Assembly (NCBI RefSeq): GCF_009834535.1
Contig: NC_045697.1
Location: 35,962,001 to 36,026,000, forward strand
Origin: Camelus ferus
Lineage: Eukaryota
Reading direction: 5' to 3'
Length of the DNA stretch: 64,000 nucleotides
Shown: positions 48,190 through 60,289 of the stretch, one piece after another
Numbering within the stretch: position 1 is the stretch's first letter
Layout of the letters: each line of letters opens with the position of its first letter
Made by a program: the position numbers and the translations under genes
Notes under the pieces: generated by a model
Database searches by the model: none
The model's input: only the letters and a program-made list of their open reading frames with translations
Told to the model about the DNA's origin: nothing

Positions 48190-48620
48190 TGCAGCTACTA
48201 GCATCCCTCATCCTCCCTTTTCCCTCAAACCATTCTCAGTGTATCCGCAGTCAGCAGTGGCCGTGTGGCCAAGCTCTGGCCTTTAAGATGCAAGCAGAAC
48301 TGTTGTATGGGACTTCCAGGAAGGCCCTGCAAAAGATAAAGGGTGTAAATACTCTTTTTGACCTTCCTTGGTTCTTCCTTCCTGTTGCCTGGAATGTGGA
48401 TGTAATGGCTGGAGCTCCCAGCAGCCATATAGAATCATGAGGCAAACTTGAAAATGAAAGCAGGGAACTAGGATATTGGAGCAGAAAGCTATGAGGAGCC
48501 TGGGTCCCTAATGAGTTTGTGGAGCCTCTAGACTTCCTTCATATGAGTGAAGAATAAACCTCATGTTGAAGGTACCACAATCAGGTCGCTGATGCTAATA
48601 ACTAAATGCTATTTCTAATT
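48190..48620 (+). mobile_element. Old MaLR LTR (MLT1J/K-like)
   Basis: TGCCTGGAATGTGGATGTAATGGCTGGAGCTCCCAGCAGCCAT...GGAGCCTGGGTCCCTAATGA. Confidence 0.75.
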
Positions 48621-49711
48621 GATTTGGGCCGAATGGTTCACTTGCCTGGTTGTTACATGCTGCAGTTGGGTCAGCTCCTGGCCCTTGGCCCAGGGCTCTC
48701 CTCACTCTTTCTTTCTCTGCGTCCCTCTCCCCGCGTTGTCACAGTCTCAGGCACCCATGACCCCTGCGGGCTGCCCAGGAGCAGGCAATTCCCTCCCGGC
48801 GTGGCAAGGTGCACCCAGGCTCAGGTCACGCATCTGCGCGCAGTGGAGATGGGGTGCCAAAGCGGTTATTCATAGGGGGAAATGAACATAAGCAAGACTC
48901 CACAACTGTTATCAGCAGAGGGACACTTTCTCGGAAGTTTGGGGCTTCTTGTTTACCATGGAACCTGTTTCCTGGAATACATTGATGAAATGTGACTGTT
49001 TTTTTGAAATTACAGACAAAGAATACCACCAGGATAGGATGTTCAGGGCACTTTGTGCAGCTCCTCCAGGGAGGGACCCAGGGTGCAAGGGAGAAGTGAG
49101 GGGATCAGAGAGGACACTCGTCCTCTGGTGGGAAAGGGAGACAGAGTAAGAGGAGTGGAGGCGGACTCGCCAGTTCTCAGCTCCCTCGCCTCCTGTGCAA
49201 ACACCCCTCTTCTGATGGTGCCATCATGTCTCCCGTAAGTGCCCTGTCAGTCGTTGGGCCTCTCGGACGTGCATGCGGTTGTGGCGTTTTCCCCAATCTC
49301 AGAGACGTTCACAATGGAGTGCGGTGGGCGGACTGTTGTGCGGGGGCCTCTGAGGGCAGGAGCCTAAGGGCTTAGAGAAGTGAGCCGACCTGCCCAGGAT
49401 CACAAAGCTCCTCTAGCAGAGTCAGTTCAACAACGACAGCAGCGCTTATAACTAAGAGCTGTACGATTATTAACATAGCATAACATATAACCACTTGTTT
49501 TGTGACATTCTTCTCTGTCCTTTACCCATTTCAACTCCTCTGATCCTCAGAACAACCCCATGGCGCACTCAGAGTCCCATCTCACAGGCAAGGAGACTGA
49601 GATGCTAGTAGGTTAACCGTCCTCCCAAAGCCGACCCGCTGGTTCACGGCAGAACCAGGATGGGGGGCCCCTCAGGCCAACGTTCTTTCTACCACAGCAC
49701 AGGTGCTTAAA

Positions 49712-49890
49712 AAGTAGATAAACAAGATTACACTGTATAGCACAGGGAAATATATACAAGATCTTGTGGTAGTTCACAGCAAAAAAGAATGTGTCAATGA
49801 ATATATGTATGTTCATGTAAAACTGAAAAATTGTGCTCTACGCTGGAATTTGACACAACATTGTAAAATGACTATAACTCAATAAAGAAA
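49712..49890 (+). mobile_element. Truncated camelid-type L1 3' end
   Basis: TAGATAAACAAGATTACACTGTATAGCACAGGGAAATATATACAAGATCTTG...GACTATAACTCAATAAAG. Confidence 0.85.
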
Positions 49891-50281
49891 TGTTTTAAAA
49901 AATGGCCTTGAAATTAGAGTCATTTTTGAAAAGGCAGAATCTACTAGTGTCTTCCTGTGGTGGGGAGCCTCCCTCTGCATGTGACCAGGAGAGAGAGACT
50001 TGAGTGACAGGCTGGAGTCACATGTGGTGTTGGGGGACAGGGCCCCAGAAGCAGGGAAGGCTTCGTTTCTTCCTCCCTCCATGTTCTGCCCTCGTCCTCT
50101 TCCTGGGCACGGAAGGCCTGAATGGGCAGCTTGGCAGGTAACATTCCCACAGGGTTGTATAAGCAGATAACCTTTGAGTATCTCTACTTGGGGACCAGTG
50201 ACCCTTTAAACAACAGGCACCATGATAAAAAGCTGGTGCTTTATTTCTACACATAGGATCCCGTTCGAGATGCACAAGAGG

Positions 50282-51014
50282 CCCTCCTACACTGTTGGTG
50301 GGAATGTAAATCAGTGCAGCCACTATGGAGGACAGTATGGAGGGTTATCAAAAAACTAAAAATAGACTTAACATATGATCCACAATCCCACTCCTGGGCA
50401 TATATCCAGAGAAAACGCTAATTTGAAAGACACATGCACCCCAGACTTCATAGCAGCACTATTTACAATAGCCAAGACATGGAAGCAACCTAAATGTCCA
50501 TTGACAGATGACTGGATAAAGAAGATGTGGTATATATGTATATACAATGGAATACTACTCAGCTATAAAGAATAATAAACTAATGCCATTTGCAGCAATG
50601 TGGATAGACCCAGGGATTAACAAATTAAGTGAAGTAAATCAGAAAGAGAAAGACAAATATCATATGATTTCACTTATATGTGGAATCTAAAAAAAAAGAT
50701 ACAAATTTTATTTGCAAACCAGAAATAGATTTATAGACATAGAAAACAAACTATGGTTACCAAAGGGGAAAGCAAGGGAGGGATAAATTAGGAGTTTGGG
50801 ATTAACGTATACACACTACTACATATAAAATAGATAAACAGCAAGGACCTATGTACAGCACAAGAACTACATTCAATTTCTTGTAATAAGCTATAGTGGA
50901 AAAGAATCTGAAAAAAATATATATGTACATGTATAACTGCATAGCTTTGCTGTACACCTGAAACTAATACTGTAAATCAACTACACTTCAATAAAAAATA
51001 TAATTAAAAAGAAA
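50282..51014 (+). mobile_element. 5'-truncated artiodactyl-type L1 (ORF2 end and 3' UTR)
   Basis: ORF 50375..50575 contains KDTCTPDFIAALFTIAKTWKQPKCPLTDDWIKKMWYI (L1 ORF2 C-terminus); degenerate TSD GAGATGCACAAGAGG/GAAATGCATGAGAGG. Confidence 0.92.
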
Positions 51015-51319
51015 GAAATGCATGAGAGGAGCAGGTCTGTGGGGACTATTTATTGTCAGCTCTCACCTCCTACTTTTTCTTTCTTGAAAATGTAGTTTTT
51101 TAATATAAGCACTGTTTAAATATGGATATCTGTATTTATGATTCTGAAACATAATCTCCAAGGGTGAGGGAGCTTCTGGGGATTAGTGACCTTTCCTGTG
51201 ACAGAAGAGCGGACCTGGCCAGGCTGCTACGGAGACACCCGGTGTCTGCTGAGCTGGCCCATGCTCAGGTGCTTTATTTGACAGCCATCACTGGACCCCT
51301 TCTCTTTTCATCTGACTCA

Positions 51320-52140
51320 CTCCCTTTATGATCTCGTGCCTGAGTGACTTCTCACCCATAACTCTCACAATGACATCCAACTGCCTAAGCACCCATTTCC
51401 ACTTGGATGTCCAGGGACACTGCAGACCGACACATTCAAATGGAACGCCCCATCATCTCCTTGTAGATGCCTCGCCCACAGCTGCCCCAACTCAGTTAAT
51501 AGAAACCATCTTCCAAGATTTTAGGCCAAGAGCCTTGGAGCTATCCCTGACTTTCTCTCTCTCTCTCTCTCTCTCTCTCATACCTGACATCCAGACTCTC
51601 AGAAAATCCTATAGGTTCGACTTTCAAGATATTTCCAGAATTTGACACTCTTGCCATCCTCACTGCCACTCCCTTGGTCCAAGTCACTCTCTTATCCTTA
51701 TTGCAGTGGCCTCCTAGTCGGCAGCCTGGCTCCCACTCTTGGTCATTTCTGTCTCTCAACATGGCAGCCAGAATGAATCGGTTAAAACGACAGTGAGATC
51801 ACCTTCTAGCGACCCTGGGGGTCTGAGCAAGGGCTATGGCTTCCTGCTGGGAGTTAAGAAACCACCGCAGCCTGGTTCTCCTGGCTTTCCATCAGTTCTG
51901 TGTACACCCAATATCCTTCAGTACACTGCCTTTTGGTTCAGTTAAGCACCAACTCTGGAGTCAGAAAATGGGATTCAAATCCCAGTACCACCACTAGTGC
52001 TGCAATCTTGGGTAGGTTACTTGCTCCCTCTGTACCTCTATGTCCTCCTCTGTAAGCATGTGTACAATAACAGGACAGACTAGTGAATTATTGGGAGGAT
52101 TAAACAAGTTAATACATACAAGCACTCAGAATTGGTGAGC
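51320..52140 (+). mobile_element. L2 fragment (with (CT)n at about 51553-51579) and MIR (about 51940-52140)
   Basis: CATTTCCACTTGGATGTCC...; CTCTGGAGTCAGAAAATGGGATTCAAATCCCAG. Confidence 0.8.
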
Positions 52141-52153
52141 CTTATTTAATGTA

Positions 52154-52179
52154 TGTGTGTGTGTGTGTGTGTGTGTGTG
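52154..52179 (+). repeat. (TG)n microsatellite
   Basis: Seen directly. Confidence 0.95.
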
Positions 52180-53214
52180 GTGGGGGACTCTAAAGGAGCT
52201 GAATACCAGAAGACAAGGCACATGGGGACCATCTTGGAAACTAGTCACCACGTTCCTCTCAAGGAAACTGGCGTATGGTTAGGAAAGAGGATTAGATGCT
52301 GCAAACCCAAAACGACACATACCACACACACCACCCTCCAGATATCTCCTGGGGCCCACTAGTATCTCCCTCACAGGGCTGTCCTGAGGATGCACGTGGT
52401 GTTGGACACTTGGCACATGGCAAGCAATCAACAGATGTTAGGTGTTGCTCTAGTTGTTTGTTATAGTTTCAGCTTGCTCGTCCGTTCCTGCCCTGATCAA
52501 ATCTACCAGCCAAGTGTCAGCGGTGCTTTTGCCCTAACTGGCATCTGCTTCCTTCACCTCTGATTGACTTCAGAGCACTCAGTCCTCAGCACCCACTGCA
52601 ACCGTGGCGCCTGGTTCTCTCTTGCTGCCGTCCCGCCACCTGTCCACTTCCCCTCCTCTTTCCTGAGAACATGTAGCGACTCCATGCTGTCTTTTTATTC
52701 CCTCTTTGAGTCCTGCTCTCTATCCAACTTCTCATCTTCCCCTTTATTATTTCTTGCTGTGACTAATTGGTTTAAACTGCCCCCTGGAATTTCTATCTGT
52801 TCCAGACGTTAACGGGTCTTAGAAAGGAGAACCCTAAAATCCTTCCCTTCCACAGTCAGGAGATGCAGAAGGGGGGCTTCCTTGTGCAAAATATACTATA
52901 CTCTTGAACATAAATACATCATTTTGTGGTTTACAAAGTAATTTCATATTTATCAAGGGGCAAAATCCCATCCTGGTAATGAAGTAAAATCTGCTTAAAT
53001 TCTAAACTCCCACAGAAGCTGGGTGAAGTTGAGCTCCTAGAGGAGCTGGGGGAGCTCCTAGACTTCACAGAGGTTGTGGTGAGTCTGAATGCTGCTGCTT
53101 CTACATCTGAAATCCTGCACGCTCTACCCTGAGAACCCGCTGCTTGCACAATGAGCAGCACACATTGATTCATTCATTCAATTATCCTTAATAGATACTG
53201 TAAAGAATCAGCTA

Positions 53215-53358
53215 CGGAGGGCAGGGTATAGCTCAGTGTTAGAGCATGGGCCTAACATGCACAAGGTCCTGGGTTCAATTCCCAGTACCTCCATCAGAAC
53301 AAACAGGTAAAAACCTAATTACACCCCCCCAAATTTTTTAAAATAAGTAAATTTGAAA
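53215..53358 (+). mobile_element. tRNA-derived camelid SINE (Vic-1-like) with TSD
   Basis: GGGTATAGCTCAGTGTTAGAGCATGGGCCTAACATGCACAAGGTCCTGGGTTCAATTCCCAGTACCTCC; TSD AAAGAATCAGCTA (53202-53214) / AAAGAATTAGCTA (53359-53371). Confidence 0.9.
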
Positions 53359-55694
53359 AAAGAATTAGCTATGAGTCTCTTACTATGCTGGGTGCTGGGT
53401 TACGGCAATAAGGCTGACTCCACCCCTACAGTCGTGGAGCTGAGTTTGCTGGGCTAGGGGGTGCTGGGAGGGGAGGTGGAAGAGATACTAAAGTAATCAT
53501 TACACAATATTGAATTCTATGGTTTAACTCCGGTTGTTGCAGAGGGAAGAGCACAGGACGCGAGGAGGCAGTTTGACAGAACATCTGACCCTATCACCTG
53601 CCCCAGCTTGCCCCCCACCCGCCAGCGCTGTCCTGCTCTAGCCATAAGGGGCTGACCCCTGAGGCTGTTTGCCAGGAGGAGGCTGGAGGGTGGGGAGAAA
53701 ATGTAAGATATTTTTGTTCCCTTTCCCTCCCTGGCTGGGTGATATCTTCTCCATGACCCCAGCTCCCACCAGCCAGGCCTGCTTTGGGTATGGCTCCTGT
53801 CTGGGGCCTCCTGCCTTGGCTCTGCTTGTCCCATCTCCTCCCTCTGTCTCCCCAGCCTTCGGGTGGTAGCTGCTTCCTGCTGTTGCCAACTTCAGGACTG
53901 TCTCCTGGTTGGCTCTTCCATCACCCCCGTGACAAATTCCTCGGAATGCATTCCCTGTTGGACATCCACAGCGCTTTTTCTTCGCCTAGGTGGACTCAGA
54001 CTGATGTAACTGCTCTTTGTATTTTCAACCCCAACTATCACACATGCTGTAGGGCTTGCTGCTCACATGGAGCTGAGCTGTGACTTTGTCATGAACGGTG
54101 CCTGGCTGTGCCCTGTCCTAGGTCACAGCACAAGCCTGCAGCCCTGGGCGGTGAGCAGTGAGGGCTGACAGCACTGAGCAGAAAGTACTCAGGTGGGACA
54201 GGGGCAGGGATGTTAATTTCCTCACCGTGGAGGCAAGGAAACTGTCCTAGACCTTCAAGTTTCCTGATTCCCAGCCCATTTCCTTTTAGAACCCACCTGT
54301 CACCTCCAGGGTCCCACCCACTACCCAAGGCCGGGCAATCCTTCCACCTGCACCCCCCATTCACCTGGCTGCATCACTATCCGAGCATCATTTGACTTCC
54401 CCCACAATCCTCAAGTCTCACCCAGAAGTGCTGTGGTTTCCCTGGTGTCCTGGGGTGAAGGGGGAAATCTGGACTGTTACTGAAGCAGAACAGTTGTCCC
54501 TAGTCCAGGGGATCAGCCAGCAGCATGATCAGAAAGTGAGCTGGGACTGCTGATGGAAGGACAGGAAAGGGTGACGTGCCCAGCAGTGATTCTCTTGTCT
54601 CTGAGCCCCAGACTCTTCCAGTGCCCACCACCCCAAACAGCAGCAGGTTAAAATTGACTGATACAGCCTCTCAGACTGGCTTCTGGAGCACAAAGGAGGA
54701 CGAGGACCAGCCAGAGTTTTCTACCCGAGACAAATGCTTCTCTCATCCAGCCCCATGTGCAGAAAGCTTGACTACCCCAGAAATGGCAGCCAGAAAAATC
54801 CACCCTCCTCATAATCCTACAGTTTCCCACTAATCAGATGTCTAGACAAGAACGGTCCCTGCCCTCTTTCCTGTTTGCAAATCTGCCTTGACAAGTCGTA
54901 TCCTCCTGACAGTACCATGAAAACGCTCTTTATTTGCTCTGCGGGCCTTCTGCGACTGGGTTGCTGGAAATACTATTAGTTTCTGAATCAGCTCACTTCT
55001 CTGGAAATCATGCTCTGATATTATTCTGCTTAAATTTCATTCTCTGGAGAGGAGAGTTGTTAACAAGGCAATTAGTATTGTCTGAGTATAAGTAGAGGAC
55101 TGTGGGGTTCTTGGCCAGATGGCCTGCGAGTCAAACCTGATTCAGGGTTACAGTGACTCTGGAGAGGGTGCCATTCTCATTGTAGCCACCCCTCCTCCCG
55201 CCATGGGTTCAGACATCACCATCTTAACTGCCATCTGGAAAAGTCACCATCTTTAATGTGCATCTTTAAAGCCGTGAGGAAAATGGTGGGGAGAGTGGTT
55301 TCAATTTCTATGCATCCACTTGAGAATAGGAGAGGCTCTCATTTAATTCCTCCCCTTGGTACACTAACAGAATGGAGGATGAAAGCAAGACCTATTTATA
55401 TATTTTTAAATTAGTAATAGAATAGTAGGAATCAAGAGAATGAACCTCCAGTTTCTTATCTGAGGAGCTGGGGGACCTGGGCACTGGGCTTATGGTCCTC
55501 ACCACCCCCACCTCCCTCCAAACATCACCCAACTCACCCCTTACTCTGAGAACAGGACCCAGGGATGGTGTCTCCTTCAAGATCAGAGATGGCTGCAACA
55601 ACTCCCTTTGACATTGAAAAAAAAAAACAACCAATGTCTTTATTATTCTTCGAAAACAGAACATGCATATGGTATTTGGAGCCTCTCTATTTGC

Positions 55695-55890
55695 ATTCAA
55701 ATGCCAGCTCTACCACTTACTAGAGGTCTACACTCTCTGTACCTCAGTTTTCCATCTGTAAAATGGTCGCAATAATAGTTCCGACCTCTTAGGGTATGGT
55801 GAGGAGTAAATGAGTTTAAACATGTGAAGTGCTTACAACAGTACCTGGCAGGTAATATGTGGCAAATCAGTGTTAGCAGTGGTAACAATA
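55695..55890 (+). mobile_element. MIR
   Basis: TTCAAATGCCAGCTCTACCACTTACTAG...CTCAGTTTTCCATCTGTAAAATGG. Confidence 0.85.
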
Positions 55891-58037
55891 CCTTTGGAAA
55901 AGTTTAAAAATTCAAACTTTATAAATGCATATATAGTGAAAAGTTAAAGTTCTTTTGAACTTGATCTGAAGGCTCCTAGTTTCCCTCTCCAGAAGCCCCA
56001 CGGTTACCAGTGTACTAGCTATCAGTCAAGAGCCATCCAAAGCATATTTTTCAGTGCAGATATGGTCATTTATATTGACATACACACAATGGAGGGAGAG
56101 AAAGCTACAGATACAGATAACTCCCAGTCAAAACCATAACCATATTATACACTGGTCTGTAGTTTTTTTTAAGTATAAGAAAAAGATTTGTTGCAAATCA
56201 GAAAACAATCAAAAGATTGTTCTGTATGAATCCCTACAGATCCAGCGCATTCTCCACAATTGCACAGGCCCCTCCGCCTGGACAGGGAGCGATCCCTTTA
56301 ACTTGCCGTAGTGCATTTGGGTTGTTTCACCCCCTTTGCCGGGATGGCTTTGGCTCCTACCCCACTGCTCTTTCCCTTCCCCCATCCCTCCATGAGTCTT
56401 TTTGTGAGAAAGTTGAAGCAGACCCTCAGGTCTCCTGAAATGATCAGGCCCCGAGCTAACTCTGGACAAGAGCCAGGCAGCTTCTGGGAGCAGACTCTAC
56501 CTCCAGGCTGCCCGCCCTCCCTAACGTCTATGAGAAAAACTCAGAATACCTGGGTCTGGTCAGAAACATTAGAAAAGTTTGTCGAATTTTAAAACGGATA
56601 GGAATTATTTTCAAGAAACCATTCCAAGAAGATAGATTTCGGATGTATCAATAATTTCAGATTATAGACAGATGAGAGCCTGCGTGCATATTTGCACATC
56701 ACACTTGTTTTTCTGGTTTTTAGGAACCCAAAGAACAAGCCATTATACATGCATGGCCGTTTATCTCATTTTCTGAATTAGGGTTTTTTGTTTTTTTTTC
56801 CAGTTGCTCTTAGAGAACGTTTAATTTTAGCATCACAATAATGAAAGCTCTGGAAAATAGCCTTCTTCCCACCCTGACAGGCTTTCAAACGCAGTAACTT
56901 CAGGTATAAATAACAGTTGGCAAGTTAGAGTACCGTCTTTGGATAACAAGACGAGAAGGAAAAAACATGTCTCCATTTCTCTCGAAACATCTTCTGAAAG
57001 CTAAACCTTGACACAAAATTTTGAATGTTAGTGAGCATGTTTGAAATAACTAAAAGGTCACCGGGGAGGCAGCTCTGGGATAATCGAAGATCACAGTTTT
57101 CAGCCAGATGGGCCTGTATTTGAACCCACCCCTTACTGGCTGTGTCACCTTGGTGACTGGCCCTCCACAAACCTGGGAGGCCCGTGCTTTGACACGGGAA
57201 TCAGGTGAACCGTGAGGATCAGTGAGAGGAGAGGGAGGAGAAATGAGAACCTGTATGGGTGAGCCTGGCAGGTAGCAAGCGCTCAATAAATATTCATCAC
57301 TGAAAGGGCCTGACGTCACCGTACGGAGAGCACAGAGATGATGGAAGAGCCTGGCCGCCTTCCTCGTCTCTCTTTCCTTTTTCACTTTTGTCTCTGTGAA
57401 TGGGAGTGAGGGAGCCAGGGCCCCCACTTCACAAAGGGCCAGTGTCTGCGGGCTCGGTGACGGCTGGGAGGCCCATTAGGCTGATGTGGGCCCCCCGAGT
57501 TCTCATATGGTTTTTATATCACCAGGCTTGTTTTGACTTCCATGAGCTTTCTCGCCACAATCCCTCTGTGACCCTGGGGGAGGAAGTGAGGGCTGTACAC
57601 ACAGATGCAGCTGAGGGTACGAGAAAGGAAAACACCTCCCCGGCCAGCACAGAACCCCCTAGAATGGCCCCCCGCAGGGACCGTCTCCTCACTCCCCTTC
57701 CCAGGCTCCCAGCCTCTGGCCCGGGCTGGCCTCCCAAGGACTCAGTCATGTCTGCTCTTTCTTCCCAGAGGAGGCCGGGCGGGGGAATTTGGCAGGCGAA
57801 CAAAAGCCGTGAGCGGGTCTGGCCTGGCCCAGGCAGTCCTCGGGCTCTGCGGGGCTGACATGGGCGGGTCCCTCCATCAGTTGCCCTTTGACAATTGCTC
57901 CTCTGGCCAGTTCTAATTCAGGCCACTGGTCATCCAGAAATAGCGACGGGTCACGGATATCAGGCCCTTCCTAGGTGCTGCTGGGTAATGGAGTGGGTTC
58001 TGGATACAGCTTGTGAGCACTGTGTGAAGCCACTTCA

Positions 58038-58075
58038 ATAATAATGATGATGATGATGATGATAATAATAATAAT
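58038..58075 (+). repeat. (AAT)n/(GAT)n compound trinucleotide repeat
   Basis: Seen directly. Confidence 0.9.
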
Positions 58076-59394
58076 CAACTTAACCAATATGAGTTGAGCT
58101 CCGTATTTATTTATTTAACAAAACGTGTATTAAGTCTGATCCTAGATTTTCCCATGTTATTTAAACAGTATTTTTATTGCAAAGACTTTTAGACACACAC
58201 AAAAGTGGTGAGACTGAAACACTAATACTGGAGCAGCAACAGTACAGCACAGCATAACACAGCACCACAGGGTAATAAACTCCGGGTGACCAGTGTGTCC
58301 TCTGCACCAGGACTTCGCCTCTCTTGCTTCATCGGCTCCCCTGAGCCAGCTCCACCCAATTGTTTGCCTTGTCAAATCCCAGCTCTCACGTCACTTCACT
58401 TATGAATGGTGCAGGATACATCTTATAGGAGTACGGATGTTTTCTGGAGCTCCGTATTTACTGAACTCCAGTTATACACCCGGCACCGGACTAGTGCCGA
58501 ATAAAACAATCACAGCTTAGGTTCATTGTGTCCGTCTGGGTGCAAAGCATTTTTCATATGTCATCTTATTAGTCTCATTAGCCTCACGACGTAGGTACTG
58601 TAATTAGTCCCATCCTTCAGATGAAGAAACTGAGGCTTAGAAAAATTAAGCAGCTTATTCAAAGTAACATCACTAGAATGGGAGCCATAGGTAGGGTGGT
58701 GGGCAAAAAATTAACCCAGGACCTTGACAATCGTGGCGCGAATGTGACTTTCTAACATGGACCACCCGAAATGTCTACCCTAAGACTTCTGTTACTAGCA
58801 GCTGCATCTAATCCTAATGCTCTCTAGAGCCCCTTCCTGTTCTGGAATTCTGACTATGAACCCAATGCCTGGCTTGGCTCAGCCCTCACCTTCTAACCTT
58901 TAGAGCCATGTAGGTCTTAGGGCTGGACATCTAACCTCAAGGAAGGAGGGAGCATCATCTCTTCTGCCTGCATTTGCTTCTCTGGACACAGCATCTTTAT
59001 CACCATCTAGCCATGACCAACAACTCCACCTCCTTCTTGGGCTCAGTTTGCAGCATCCTCCCTCTGACCACCACCTCCCACTTTTCCAGCTCCTCCTATA
59101 GCTCGTCTCAAACGGTTCTTTGGCTTCAGTGGGTGGAAGACTCCTTGAAGTCTACGAGCAGCGTGTTGTCTCCATCTGCCTTCCTTTCTCAATTGCCTCC
59201 ATCACCAGTTGAGTGCCCGCGGTACACGTCTATAGTCACTTCCTTGTAAGAACACTCAACCCCTTGTCCTCTCTTTTTTGTTGTACTTTCCGGGCAAAAC
59301 ATGAACCCTGCTAAAATCCTAGTCCACGTCGTGCAGACCAATGAACAAGGCTGAAGGAAAACATATGCCGGAGCTGGCTGGTCTCACTTTACAT

Positions 59395-60289
59395 TTTTTC
59401 CCTTGTTTGTCTTCATTTTTTTTTTTTTTTTTTGGTATATATACCTTTACTGTGGTATGGTTCTTGTACAGTAAACTACACATATTTCAGATGTACAAAT
59501 TTGATGAATTTTGATAGATGTATATACCTATGAAACCACTACCACAATCAAGATAGTTAACATTTCCATCAGTCCCCAAGAGGCACACATTTCAAATTCC
59601 CAATTTATCCCTTCCCACCCTCTTTACCCCCAGGTAACCATAAGTTTGTTCTCTATGTCTGTGAGTCTGTTTCTGTTTTGTAGATAAGTTCACCTGTGTC
59701 TTTTTTTGGTCTTTTTTTTTTTAGATTCCACATATAAGTGATATCATATGGTATTTTTTTTTCTTTTTCTGGCTTCCTTTGCTTAGAATGACAATCTCCA
59801 GGTCCATCCATGTTGCAGCAAATGGCATTATTTTATTCTTTTTATGGCTGAATAGTATTTCATTGTATAAATATACCACAACTTCTTTATCCACTCATCT
59901 GTCAATGGACATTTAGGTTGTTCCCATGTCTTGGCTACTGTATATAGTGCTGCACTGGGGTGCATGTGTCTTTTCAAATTATATTTTTCTCCAGATATAT
60001 GCCCAGGAGTGGGATTGCTGGATCATATATTAAGTTTATTTTTAGTTTTTTAAAGGAACCTCCATACTGTCCTCCACAGTGGCTGCACCAAACCACATTC
60101 CCACCAACAGTGTAGAAGGGTTCCCTTTTCTCCACATACTCTCCAGCATTTATTGTTTGTGGACTTTTTAATGATGGTCATTCTGACTGGTGTGAGGTGG
60201 TTCCTCACTGACGTTCTGATTCGCATTTCTCTGATAATTAGTGATGCTGAGCATCTTCTCATGTGCCTGTTGGCCATCTGGATGTCTTC
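59395..60289 (-). mobile_element. 5'-truncated L1 inserted in an L2, with a chimeric 3' end
   Basis: ORF 60050..60445 contains [50 protein letters not shown]...[24 protein letters not shown] (L1 ORF2); poly-T at 59417-59433; flanking TCACTTTA(C/T)AT repeats. Confidence 0.9.

Noticed and set aside
50375..50575. L1 ORF2-like peptides (also 60050-60445 and 702-890)
   Set aside because: Fragments of truncated L1 copies, not host genes.
53215..53300. tRNA-like sequence with A and B boxes (also 6498 and 25765)
   Set aside because: SINE head with tail and TSD; no proper acceptor stem or cloverleaf.
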